Assembly (NCBI RefSeq): GCF_001194135.2
Contig: NC_068985.1
Span: 32,687,934-32,751,933 of the forward strand
DNA length: 64,000 bases
Source: Octopus bimaculoides
Lineage: Eukaryota
Direction: 5' to 3'
How positions within the stretch are numbered: position 1 is the stretch's first letter; every line of letters starts with the position of its first letter. The notes beneath the pieces are model-generated. The model saw only the letters and a program-made list of their open reading frames with translations, made no database searches and was not told the DNA's origin. The position numbers and the translations under genes are program-made. This document shows positions 13,017 to 23,339 of this stretch, piece by piece.

Positions 13017-15892
13017 TGCATCTCCCCTTCATTTGGCATGTAAAGGGAATTCTGATTTTCGCCCAGTGGGGGATTATAGACGTTTGAATGCAGTCACAGT
13101 TCCCGATTGCTACCCTATAAGAAATCTCCAGGATTTCTCCTCTAATTTGCATGGTTGTAGTATTTTTTCTAAGGTTGACCTCGTTCGTGCCTATCACCAA
13201 ATACCAGTCAATCCTGAGGATGTGTAGTGAAACTACCTATCGTCTCTAATACCTATTGCCATTAGATACAAAACTGCTATCGCCATTCTTCTCATTTAAA
13301 TATAAACAAACGCGAACGTAGGGGAAAACATTAACCTTGTCATCACGTGACTGATCATTATTCGAATCGGCAACTTCTTCGAACCTTTCCCGCCAGAACG
13401 CAAACTGACCAATCACGGCCCCTAATAAGGTCACGTGATAGAGTAAAATTCTGAAGGCATTTGGAGCCCTCTTAACGCTATAAATAGATCAACTAATACC
13501 CAATAATTTCTCTTTGAGAACTGTTCCGTGTACCACACGACAGCAGCAGCAGTTCCAGCGACCACTTCAACAGCTTCGTCCAGCCAACAATGACCACCGC
13601 CGTCGCCACATCAGCAACAAGAGTCTACGACTACTAACCAGCACCATCGTCATGACCAACACGATTACTACCAAGCAGCCTCTACACCACCAGCGTCAAC
13701 ACGACTTACTATGTACACCAAACCAAACCTCCGCGACACATCTCTCTCTTCGATTCTGTTAGGTGACTCAGCTTCACCACGATAAATAAACAGACAAGAG
13801 TTCTCAGCCAGCGACGAACATCTGTATAACAAGAACCACGGCCCAACATCGATGCCACGATATCACAACTAGTGATCAGCTCTGCCACACTCAGCCTCTC
13901 CTCCCTTTCACATACAGAACTTTTCTTATAGTGTACTAAAGAACTGGTATAATTGCTCACGTGTCATTTACTGACTCTCTTTCTATTTGCTATAATAATT
14001 CACATACACACACATGTATCACTCACATACACACTTTTCTTTGTACGACGGCCTGTCTTTGATTGTTATTATATGTCGCATTCACACTCTCACACAGACA
14101 TACATCTTTAACACTACAATAAATATCTCTGTTATTCATCTAATACGGTTGTGGTCTTTCATTACTGGTCACATATGTTATCGTCGTATAACATATCTAT
14201 ATCATTATTGATATATATATATTTGTGTTCGACCGTGTGACACGTTTAAATAAAAGGAGTCCTCTGTTTTTCCATTCGTCACCATTGCTCCTTTTTGAGT
14301 TCGCACGGTCGTCCCTTACAGATGTACCAAAAACTGCCATCACTACTCCCTTTGGCTGCTTTGAGTTCCTTTTTATGAGTTTCGGGTTGCGGAACGCCAC
14401 GAGCACTTCCCAAAGATTTATCAATGAAGTTGTCCGTGGACTTGATTTTGTGTTCGCTTACATTGATGACATACTCGTTGCAAGCGACACACATAAGAAT
14501 CACCTCCAACACTTAAATCAACTCTTTCAGCATCATCGCATCTGCAATGTGTGAATCAACCCCGATAAGTATGTTTTGGGGCAGTCATCTCTGGAATTTC
14601 TGGGGCTTTATATTGACTCAAATGGTATCAGACCTCTCTCTTCCAAAGTCGATGCAATTCAGCGCATCGCCCCCTCCCCCCACTTCATTACGTCAACTCC
14701 GTCACCTTTTGTGAGTCATCAACTTCTACAGACAATTCATTCGTGATTGTGCAGACAAGTTACTTCCCTTGACTCAGCTATTGAAAGCAAATACAAAAAA
14801 GAATTCTCCCATTACTTCATCTGCCGAGGCGTTATCTGCTTTTGAGTCCATCAAGAAAGAAATAGCTTCTGTTCCTTTGCTTGCACATCCGGTTCCCAAT
14901 GCTCTTCTCTCTTTAACCGTTGATGCATCGGATTCTGCAGTTGGTGCTATTTTGCAGCACACCATAGACTAAACCTTTGGTGGTTTTTTGTCGTCAATTA
15001 AAGCCAGCTGAACGTCGGTACAGTACGTTTGATCGCAAGCTCTTGGCGATCTACCCGTCAGTTCGTCATTTTCAACATTTGCTCTGTCATCTTAATCGGA
15101 CAAACACTCACCTCGTGATTTTCGCCACCTGGATTACATTTCCCAGTTCACGAGTGACATTCGGCACATACCTGGAACAGAGAACGTGCCTGCTGACATA
15201 CTCTCTTATCTTCCTGTGTGCTCCCTTTCATCTCCTGCTGCAATTGATTTAACTGCCATTGCACAGGATCAGCCAGCTCTAGACACTTTGGATTTAGCTT
15301 CTACCAAGTTGTCCTGTTGCAAGTTTGCCTATCTCCCACTTCTGTCTGCTGAAGGCACCATTCTTTGTGATACAGCTACTGGTTCTCCCAGACCGTTTGT
15401 ACCTGAGAACCACCGGCGCTCCGTTTTTGATGCCTTGCATTCACTGTCACATCCTGGAATCGCTGCCTTGGTGAAGCTTATTATGGCTCAGTTTTTCTGG
15501 CCTAATATGCGCCGGATGATCACCGATTGGGCACGCTCTTGAGTAAAATGCCAGCATTCTAAGATCCACAGGCATATTCGCGCTCCTCTTGGACAGTTTT
15601 CTCCTCTGGAGACTCGCTTTCGCCATGTCCACATTGATCTGGTTGGACCATGGCCTGTCAGTCGCGGTTTCTCTTACATATTGACATGCATCGATCGATT
15701 CTCTTGTTGGCCAGGGGCCATTCCAATAGTGGACATTTCCGCTGAGTCAGTTGCTCGAGCTTTCGTTTCTAACTGGATTGCTCGCTTTGGTGTCCCAGCT
15801 AAAATAACCACTGATCGCGGATGCCAGTTCGAGGCTTCCCTATTTCGTAATTTATCACGAATCCTAGGCGTTCTTCACATTCGTACGACCAG
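13017..15892 (+). mobile_element. Gypsy pol remnant, copy 2 (same family as 1-2870), split by a solo LTR and truncated at both ends
   Basis: Collinear with copy 1 from SPLHLA to HIRTTS. The RT motif IPVNPED|[11 protein letters not shown] is split at 13222/14321. Confidence 0.93.
13223..14320 (+). mobile_element. Solo LTR (1098 bp) with 4-bp TSD GATG
   Basis: Termini TGTAGTG...CCTTACA, GATG at 13219-13222 and 14321-14324, TATAAATAG at 13479 and AATAAA near 14248. Removing it restores the Gypsy RT sequence. Confidence 0.9.
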
Positions 15893-16663
15893 TTGTGGTA
15901 TATGGGATCGAATTAATGATTCAGGCAACAACAGAGGACTTGAACAGTGTGGTGGAGGAGATTGTGCTTCCGGAAGATGTGAGACTGAGAGTTACTGTGG
16001 AGTGTAGGCCGCCAGTGTGTTTCACATGTGGAGAAAGGGGCCGCATGAAGGCATGGTGCACCCAGAGAAAGCCACAAACAGAACAAGAGGAGAGTGTGGA
16101 CCAGGTAGTACAGGACAAGGCAACAGAAAAAGAAGTGAAGGGATTCACTATAGTTTAAAAGAAAAGAAGGAGGAGCGGAGGAATGAATTCTCCGCCAGAG
16201 AAGCAGAAAAAGAAGAGAGATGTGAAAAAAGAAACTGTGAAGAAGGGTAGTAGGAAGGAAAAAGAAAGTGGAGTTATCAGTGGAGAGAGTGTCGGAAACC
16301 CAACTGTATGAAGGTGAGATGGAGAGACTATTTATGGAGAAGAAAAGAGAGAACCAAAAGTCCAAGAGAAAGGAAAGAAGATACGAGGAGGAGAAGGAGT
16401 ATGGTGTTATGTAACATACCCCAAAAATGTTGAAACAGAGAAAAAAAATAATCAAGTTACATTCAATAGTAAGAGTGAAGGTGCCTTCATACGTCTACGC
16501 GGATGATATGAAGGCAATATTGATCGAAGAGGAAAACTATAGAAAATTTAAAGAGATGTGTGGAGATAACTTTGACCTGCCAGGAGTGGAGGTGGAATTT
16601 AAAGTGTTGCCACCAGTGGTGGATTTAAGAGATATCGAACCACTAATGAAGTTCTACTAAAGA

Positions 16664-16703
<40 letters not shown>

Positions 16704-16907
16704 TATGAAATCAAAAGGAAAAAAAAAAGAACAATTGTAAATAATACATATAACGGTACGCATGAGAGTGGGGCCCATGCGTCCATTTTCATTTTCATAT
16801 AACTTTCATCTCATTTACATTCGTTTTATGTTTTTGTCCCCACTGTGGTCTTGTCTGTCCTTGTGGTGTCCCCATCTATGTTTAGGGCTTTATGCCTAAT
16901 AAAGACA
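15893..16907 (+). mobile_element. 5'-truncated non-LTR-type element encoding an ORF1-like zinc-knuckle protein, with an A-rich tract and 3' tail
   Basis: ORF 15895-16158 contains CFTCGERGRMKAWC (CCHC-like, H to R), followed by a Lys/Glu-rich linker and ORF 16427-16660, an A-run at ~16666-16701, then a tail ending ...ctatgtttagggctttatgcctaataaagac. Confidence 0.6.
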
Positions 16908-17300
16908 TCAGAATATCTTTGATACTCAGCACAAACAGTATGAAACAAAGTGGGTTACCTCGTTGAACTCTTAAGGCAGAAAGAATATAATAGCTGCCAG
17001 AGTATATATGAGAGGCTTCCCGAAAAGCCTGCCATGCAAAGTAGCAGATCTTTGAAGCTTTTTTTTTTATATTGAGCTGAGAATGACATCGCGTCTAATT
17101 GAATTGAAGGCTTTTTTAAAATCGATTTTGAGAACTATCTCGACCACTGGGAGAGTGTTCACGAAAGTCTGTGGCGTGAAAGGCTGCTTCAGACTCTAGT
17201 TTAATATCAACCTCGAGTCGAACGGGTGTGAATTTGGAAAAGAGATAATAGGAGACGTGAGCTCTCTTAAGTACACCTAACTGCTTTAGGACAATGAACA
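16908..17300 (-). mobile_element. CRE-clade-like (RLE-type) non-LTR reverse transcriptase fragment
   Basis: The minus strand reads, across frameshifts, ESEAAFHAT...EIVLKIDFKKAFNSIRRDVIL...VQRGNPLCFILFVLSI. This matches my recollection of CRE-type RT motifs (GCEAAVHA, LDFxNAFNSvrRD, GVQQGDPLGPLLF). Confidence 0.7.
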
Positions 17301-17626
17301 TTAATAAATTTAAAGAAACATCACAAAGCAACGAGGAACCAAAATGCGCTATGTAGAGGAGGATACTTTGGTGAGAGTATTCTCCCTTACATTATTTGTT
17401 TATGAAATTGCGTGAGACGCCTTTTGTGTATAAACTTTCCCTACAAGCCGTCATTCTATTAATGTTACTACTTGTTTATTCGTGATAAGATAGAAATGGA
17501 CAGTCTTCTTCATTTTGAGTGAAACGCTCAAATTACTTTTTCGGAATTAATGTGAATATGATTTAATTTCATAGTTATCTCATCTTGATTGCTTTTTCCC
17601 CTTCCACAAAACATGTGCTTAACGTA

Positions 17627-17703
17627 ATGGCGGCATCCTCTTGTGCGAATGTCATCTACAAACTTGGAAGAACTTTATTTGCACCTTCAGCCTATGTAAC
17701 CAG
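17627..17703 (+). CDS. MRPS7: Mitochondrial ribosomal protein S7, exon 1 (MAASSCANVIYKLGRTLFAPSAYVT)
   Basis: ATG at 17627, donor CAG|gtaatt, phase 2 matches exon 2; basic and hydroxylated presequence-like composition. Confidence 0.75.
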
Positions 17704-17929
17704 GTAATTAAAAATGTTTTTATATATCTAATCAAAAGTGCTGCAAGATCACAGCCATCGCTGCAGGCGACTTGATTTCTAAGTATTGAAATTTTGGTTC
17801 ATTTTCGTCGTTCATGCCCTTGAAAAATATGTTACAGTTCATAAAACTCAAGCATTTCGATGGCATATGTATACGAATTGTAAAACAGTGCTTTTATAGA
17901 TAGAGTATACTATAAATTTTCTACAGTAG

Positions 17930-18320
17930 TCGAATATGCTTATACCTTAGACAAATACGGTTATTATTTTCCCAGTCACCTTGGAAAATTGGCCCCTAAA
18001 ATTTAAAGATACACGCATACAAGAAGTTTTTAGAATGCGGTGTTTACGGTCTATATTAAGAGTAGAGTATAAGAGTATAATTAGGAGATAGGCCTAGAAA
18101 TACTTCCATAAGAAAACCATCTCTACGTAATGTATACCATACCCAGATTATAAGAACTGAAATGGCCGGTCATGTATTAAGAAGGCAATTCAATAATTAC
18201 GTAGACTTCTCAAACTCCGGAATGCATGTTTGACCGTCCGAGATATGGATCTCTCATATGAAGAGGCTAATGATAGTTCAGCTGGCAAGAGAAAGCGAGG
18301 GTCCGAAGAGAAGTGAGCAG
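17930..18320 (+). mobile_element. Old RTE-like LINE 3' fragment in MRPS7 intron 1
   Basis: Degenerate EVF*MRCLRSILRV and LKW.GHVLRR motifs. Confidence 0.55.
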
Positions 18321-19451
18321 TGAAGAATACATTTTTTCAAAAACTGTTTGAGTTGATTCTTTGGCTACTGACAGCTAATACCATGACTGGCCGGAGCGAG
18401 CTATCTGTCTGTCTCTCTCTCTCTATCTATCTATCATTCGAAAGTTATTGGAACAAATTTGACACCTATATCCATGCGTTTGAAAACACACAGAGTNNNN
18501 NNNNNNNNNNNNNNNNNNNNNNNNNNNNNNNNNNNNNNNNNNNNNNNNNNNNNNNNNNNNNNNNNNNNNNNNNNNNNNNNNNNNNNNNNNNNNNNNNNNN
18601 NNNNNNNNNNNNNNNNNNNNNNNNNNNNNNNNNNNNNNNNNNNNNNNNNNNNNNNNNNNNNNNNNNNNNNNNNNNNNNNNNNNNNNNNNNNNNNNNNNNN
18701 NNNNNNNNNNNNNNNNNNNNNNNNNNNNNNNNNNNNNNNNNNNNNNNNNNNNNNNNNNNNNNNNNNNNNNNNNNNNNNNNNNNNNNNNNNNNNNNNNNNN
18801 NNNNNNNNNNNNNNNNNNNNNNNNNNNNNNNNNNNNNNNNNNNNNNNNNNNNNNNNNNNNNNNNNNNNNNNNNNNNNNNNNNNNNNNNNNNNNNNNNNNN
18901 NNNNNNNNNNNNNNGAGAGAGAGAGAGAGAGAGAGAGAGTGAGATAGACAGACAGATAGATAGCTCCGGCTAGTCAGTAGCCAAAGAATCAACTCAAACC
19001 AGCAGTAACGTTCCTTGTCAGTTCTACTTTCAATTCTGACAGCTAATACCATGACAGTGCCAACTGTTTATTGTACATAATGAAAGGTTGGTATTCACCG
19101 GGTTATTTTGGATAACTTTGCGTTTAATACTCTGCCTAATAAACGATAAATGGCGTGAAAACAATAACAAAATAATAAGAATGCTTAGAAAGAAAATTCA
19201 TATTGATTCCCTAAGCCGATATAACTTTGCGAATATCATCTGATCTACAAATTTTATTTTCAGAAGCTAATGGATGCTAGTTGACGGTCAGGCCGTGTGA
19301 CAGAGAATTTATCCACATTTGATCCGTTGTTGCTGCTCTATTAACAGACAGGTTCACTGCCTATAAGAACTAATAGCCTCAAAAAAAAAAAAAAAATCAC
19401 CCGCAAGCACACAAAAAAACATGCACCTGTATACATACATCAGAGAAATAG

Positions 19452-19915
19452 TCAGAGTAAAATGTTTTTTTAATTTTAGATCTGGCCCCAAAAAGCCAAA
19501 AAAAAAGGGGGGGGGGCTAATGCAGTTTCACACCTCTGCTTGAAAAATGCATTAAAAAAAAATCTTTTCGGATTCCTGTTTTAGATGTGGGAGATTATGA
19601 ATATGCAAAAAAAAAAAAAAAAAAAATTTAATTCAACACCCCTCATTTAAATTTTTGATTTTTTTTTTGCTCTAAAGTGATCGTAGCGAATTGACGAACA
19701 TATGCAAATCGAAATTAAATACATACAAAAATATTAACATTTCTTTTTTGCATATTCGTAATCTCTGTCATCTAAAACGTAGGAATCTGAAAATTTTTTT
19801 TCAAAAAAATACATTTTTCAAGGAGAGGTGTGAAACAGCACTAGCCCCAAAAGAAAAAAAAAAGTTTTGGGGACACCTTAAGCAAGTTCCCAAGTATTTA
19901 CACTTACCACTCTGA
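19452..19915. mobile_element. MITE-like element with long imperfect terminal inverted repeats (MRPS7 intron 1)
   Basis: TCAGAGT...ACTCTGA ends. ggggctaatgcagtttcacacctctgcttgaaaaatg pairs with catttttcaaggagaggtgtgaaacagcactagcccc, and gagattatgaatatgcaaaa with ttttgcatattcgtaatctc. Confidence 0.75.
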
Positions 19916-20339
19916 ATGGCAGGAGAGAATAAATACACAGTCTTTCATGTACTGTGCAATCTGTCTCTCAATTGTAAATTTACTGTTGTTGTGGTTTTGA
20001 TATTTTGGGGAGATATGAACTAAATGCCTTTACTCAACTCCTAAAAATTCACACATGAAGATTCCAAAAAGTTATCTGGAAAGTGCTATTTTCTTCATTG
20101 CACTTTTCAACAGTTTCTAGATTATACATTATCCTTTCATAAATTATATTTCTTGGGAAGAAAACTGAAAATGATGACAGGAGACTTAGAGGTTACAATT
20201 TTAATTAATTCAGTCAGTGAAATCAGCTCTTGTTCACTGAGTGCCTAATTATGGAAATCTGATAAATTAAAAATTTTTTTGTTTTAGGAATTATCTAAGT
20301 AGTTTGGGTTTAACTGTATGACACAGTTCTATATTTAAG

Positions 20340-21016
20340 AGATGAGGAATTATGTACATTATTTACATTTGATAGATATAGCCTCCAGCCTTCATCAGGT
20401 GTCTTGGAGAAATTTCGAACCTGGGTTCTCATTCCTAAGGTATTTTTCTATTGTTATTATTATTATTATTCAGGTCACTGCCTGGAATCGAACCAGGAAT
20501 CTTGGGATTAGTAGCCCACACTCTTAACTACTATGCCATATGCCCGTGGGCAATTATGGAGTGAATTTTAGGACTTATAAATCTAATATTTTCCTATCCT
20601 TCCTTAATACTGGTTCCCATTTGCTATTCATATCTGCACTCAGTCTGCTTAGGAGGTTGTTGTGTCCTAGCATATGTGCTGCTTCTTTTAGTTTTCGTAT
20701 TTTCCATTGGTGTTCTCTGTCTATTATTTTAACTTCATCCCACAGGGGGAGGTGGTCTCCATTTTTCCGTATGTGATCAGCTATACCCAATTTATCAATA
20801 TCTCCTCATGTCACAACTTTGTGATGTTTGTCTACCCTTATTTTGAGGGGCCTGTATGTTTCACCTTTGTATTACCTACTACAGCTGCATGGGATGGAGT
20901 ATACGCAGTTTTTGGTCTTATTCTCTTCTATTGGTGGTTTTACTTCAAGGAGATATTTGCGAAGTGTTGTATTACTCTTGAATACTGTCCTGATGTTGTA
21001 CACCAAAAGAGATTAC
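20340..21016 (-). mobile_element. Penelope-like element 3' part (GIY-YIG C-terminus and pLTR) with a truncated hammerhead
   Basis: ORF 20575-20790: IADHIRKNGDHLPLWDEVKIIDREHQWKIRKLKEAAHM. The minus strand near 20395 reads CTGATGAAGGCTGGAGG with no downstream GAAA core. Confidence 0.75.
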
Positions 21017-21440
21017 AGATGAGATGAAGGAAGTTTATGGTGATGATGCACCATCATACAATATAATCAAGCACTGGCATCACCATAGCTGCATGTTACT
21101 CAGATGAAAGCTATGAAATCCTTCCTCACCCACCAAATATGGTTGAACATTGGTGGAAATTGCTCCTATTTCTGGATGACCACATTCTGCCATTGATGAC
21201 AACACTATCCATAAAGTGGAAGTTGCCATTTTGGAGGATTGCTGCATAACTATTTGGCAACTCCCCAAGAAGTAAAGATAAGTGTAGCCTCCATGGAAAA
21301 AATCATTTGTGACCATTTTCACATGCGGAAGTTGTCTGCATGATGGATTCCTTGGATGCTTGCACCTTTTCATACTTTTGTAATATGTCGACCAAGTGTT
21401 CACTTTGAGAATGTTTTGTGCTTGCTATTCTGTGATGAAA
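21017..21440 (+). mobile_element. Mariner transposase N-terminal fragment
   Basis: EMKEVYGDDAPSYNIIKHW (HTH) and MRKLSA*WIPWML (WVPR-like motif). Confidence 0.75.
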
Positions 21441-21707
21441 CTGTTTGTGCATGTAAAGCTCAATAGGTATAGAGCAATAGCCTTTAACTGTATTTGTGGA
21501 TACTACATGCATATTTAAAAACAAGGATAACGTGTATGCTTCTCTCTGTTAACACAATTTGGTCTTGTATGAAGATACAAAGGTTGGGACATTCATGTTT
21601 CCTCAATAGTTTCCAGTGAAGTACTAAGTAACTATGAAGACATCAGCACATCTAAAAAATAAAAAAGAAACTGCACTATGACTCATAATTTTATTATTTC
21701 TCTGCAG

Positions 21708-21881
21708 GTGGTCTTTGACCCCTTTGAGGGGTTCAATATGGAGTCCAAGATATTTACCTCCAACAATCTCTAAGAAAGAATTATCAGAAGAGTTAGATGA
21801 AACAGATGAAAGAAAATATCGCCCTATCAAAGCCGCATGTAATGAAGAGACAACTTCCATTTTGTATGATCCAGTTCTTGC
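21708..21881 (+). CDS. MRPS7: Mitochondrial ribosomal protein S7, exon 2
   Basis: ctgcag|G...GC|gttagt; RWSLTPL...RPIKAACNEETTSILYDPVLA aligns with human IKAAPAGKTSSVFEDPVIS. Confidence 0.93.
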
Positions 21882-22851
21882 GTTAGTATATATTACATTT
21901 TATTTTTATATTCTTTATGAATGTTAATTATGAAACTGAAGAGGTTCTGCATGTGATGATGGTGTTACCAGATCATTACAATATACGTTATTAGTACTGG
22001 GCATGTTTATTTACCTTACTTTTAATACATGTTAGTAATGTAAATATCAGTTAAATCCCAGTAGATAAATCCCAGGAAGATTATCTCATTTTCTTATAAA
22101 AATGAGATAATCTTCCTCTTGATAGGACATTAGTCTATCATAAGTAACATTCCAAGAAGATGTAACTTTCTGACAGCTTGGTGAACTGAAATTTATCATC
22201 TTTCTTATCACAATGAACCATAGTGTTTGTGATCATCTCTAGTTTCTGTTGTATTAAGTGAATAAAAGAGAAATCACTATGTGGATAAGATTCTCTTCTG
22301 CTGCAGGTAGCTTTGCTTGGTAGTAAAACTGAACTTAACATTTATTGTAAACTATTGAATATTCATTAATATTCTTACAACCAACAACTGTTAATTATAC
22401 CACTTGTAGTACTTAGAAATAAATCAACTTTATTGTTGAAAGTCATATCTTGCCCATTGGAGCAATGCAGTAGCATTACCTCCATTTCCTTTAGATGGTT
22501 GCATGGTATCTTGTCAACTCAGTCATTCCTGCTTTCTAGATCAGCTGAAAAGGTGCGTAGAATTAAGTGTACTATTCAAATATATTGTATTTATATAGTA
22601 ATACATAGGATAGTTACAGGAGAATGACATGACTAATAAAGTTAATTATATACAATAAGTAAATTGACTGCCACGAATAAGAAAGAGTGGAAATAGCAAG
22701 AAATAAAGTTGGAGGAAATAGTTTTTAAAAACTTTTATCTGGATGTAATGGTTTTTTTGCTGCTTTCTTTCCATTTTAAAATTTTGGTTTTATTTTTGGA
22801 TATAAGATTATAAATATATTTTGTTTATAATAATTTATATACTCATTGCAG

Positions 22852-22915
22852 TAAATTCACTAATATGGTTATGAAATCAGGAAGAAAAGATGCTGCTGCT
22901 TTAGTTGTTGATGAG
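22852..22915 (+). CDS. MRPS7: Mitochondrial ribosomal protein S7, exon 3
   Basis: ttgcag|T...GAG|gtatct; KFTNMVMKSGRKDAAALVVDE matches the uS7 KFTNMMMxxGxK motif. Confidence 0.95.
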
Positions 22916-23339
22916 GTATCTTGTTGATGTTATTATTTCCATTATTAATTAATGTGACAAGTATTTTTTTTGTGCTGTTAAAAGGTTCTCAGTTTAAAGA
23001 ATAGAATAGGTAGTAGTTTTATTGATTTTTAAGCCTTAATTGTTATTCCAAGGGGGACGAAAGACTCATGCAAGTCATACCTAAAAGAATATTTAAATGC
23101 TATACTGAATTTTATTCACTGCATAAACTGAGAATCTTTTATATTCATGTACATTGTTCTCTATTAAAAATAGCCACTGCTTGTCTGCAATGCCTCCCCC
23201 CACCTATACCAGAAACCCCTATAGGGCTCTGCTGCCTTGCTTCTGTACCTGAAGACTTGCATACCTTTGTCCACACTACTGCGTGCACCAAAAGGTGATA
23301 TGTTACTTTGTAAAATATTAGTAAATTACAAACCACCTA

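Noticed and set aside
22138-22341. 67-aa minus-strand ORF in MRPS7 intron 2
   Set aside because: No motif, no donor, no second exon; compatible with chance.
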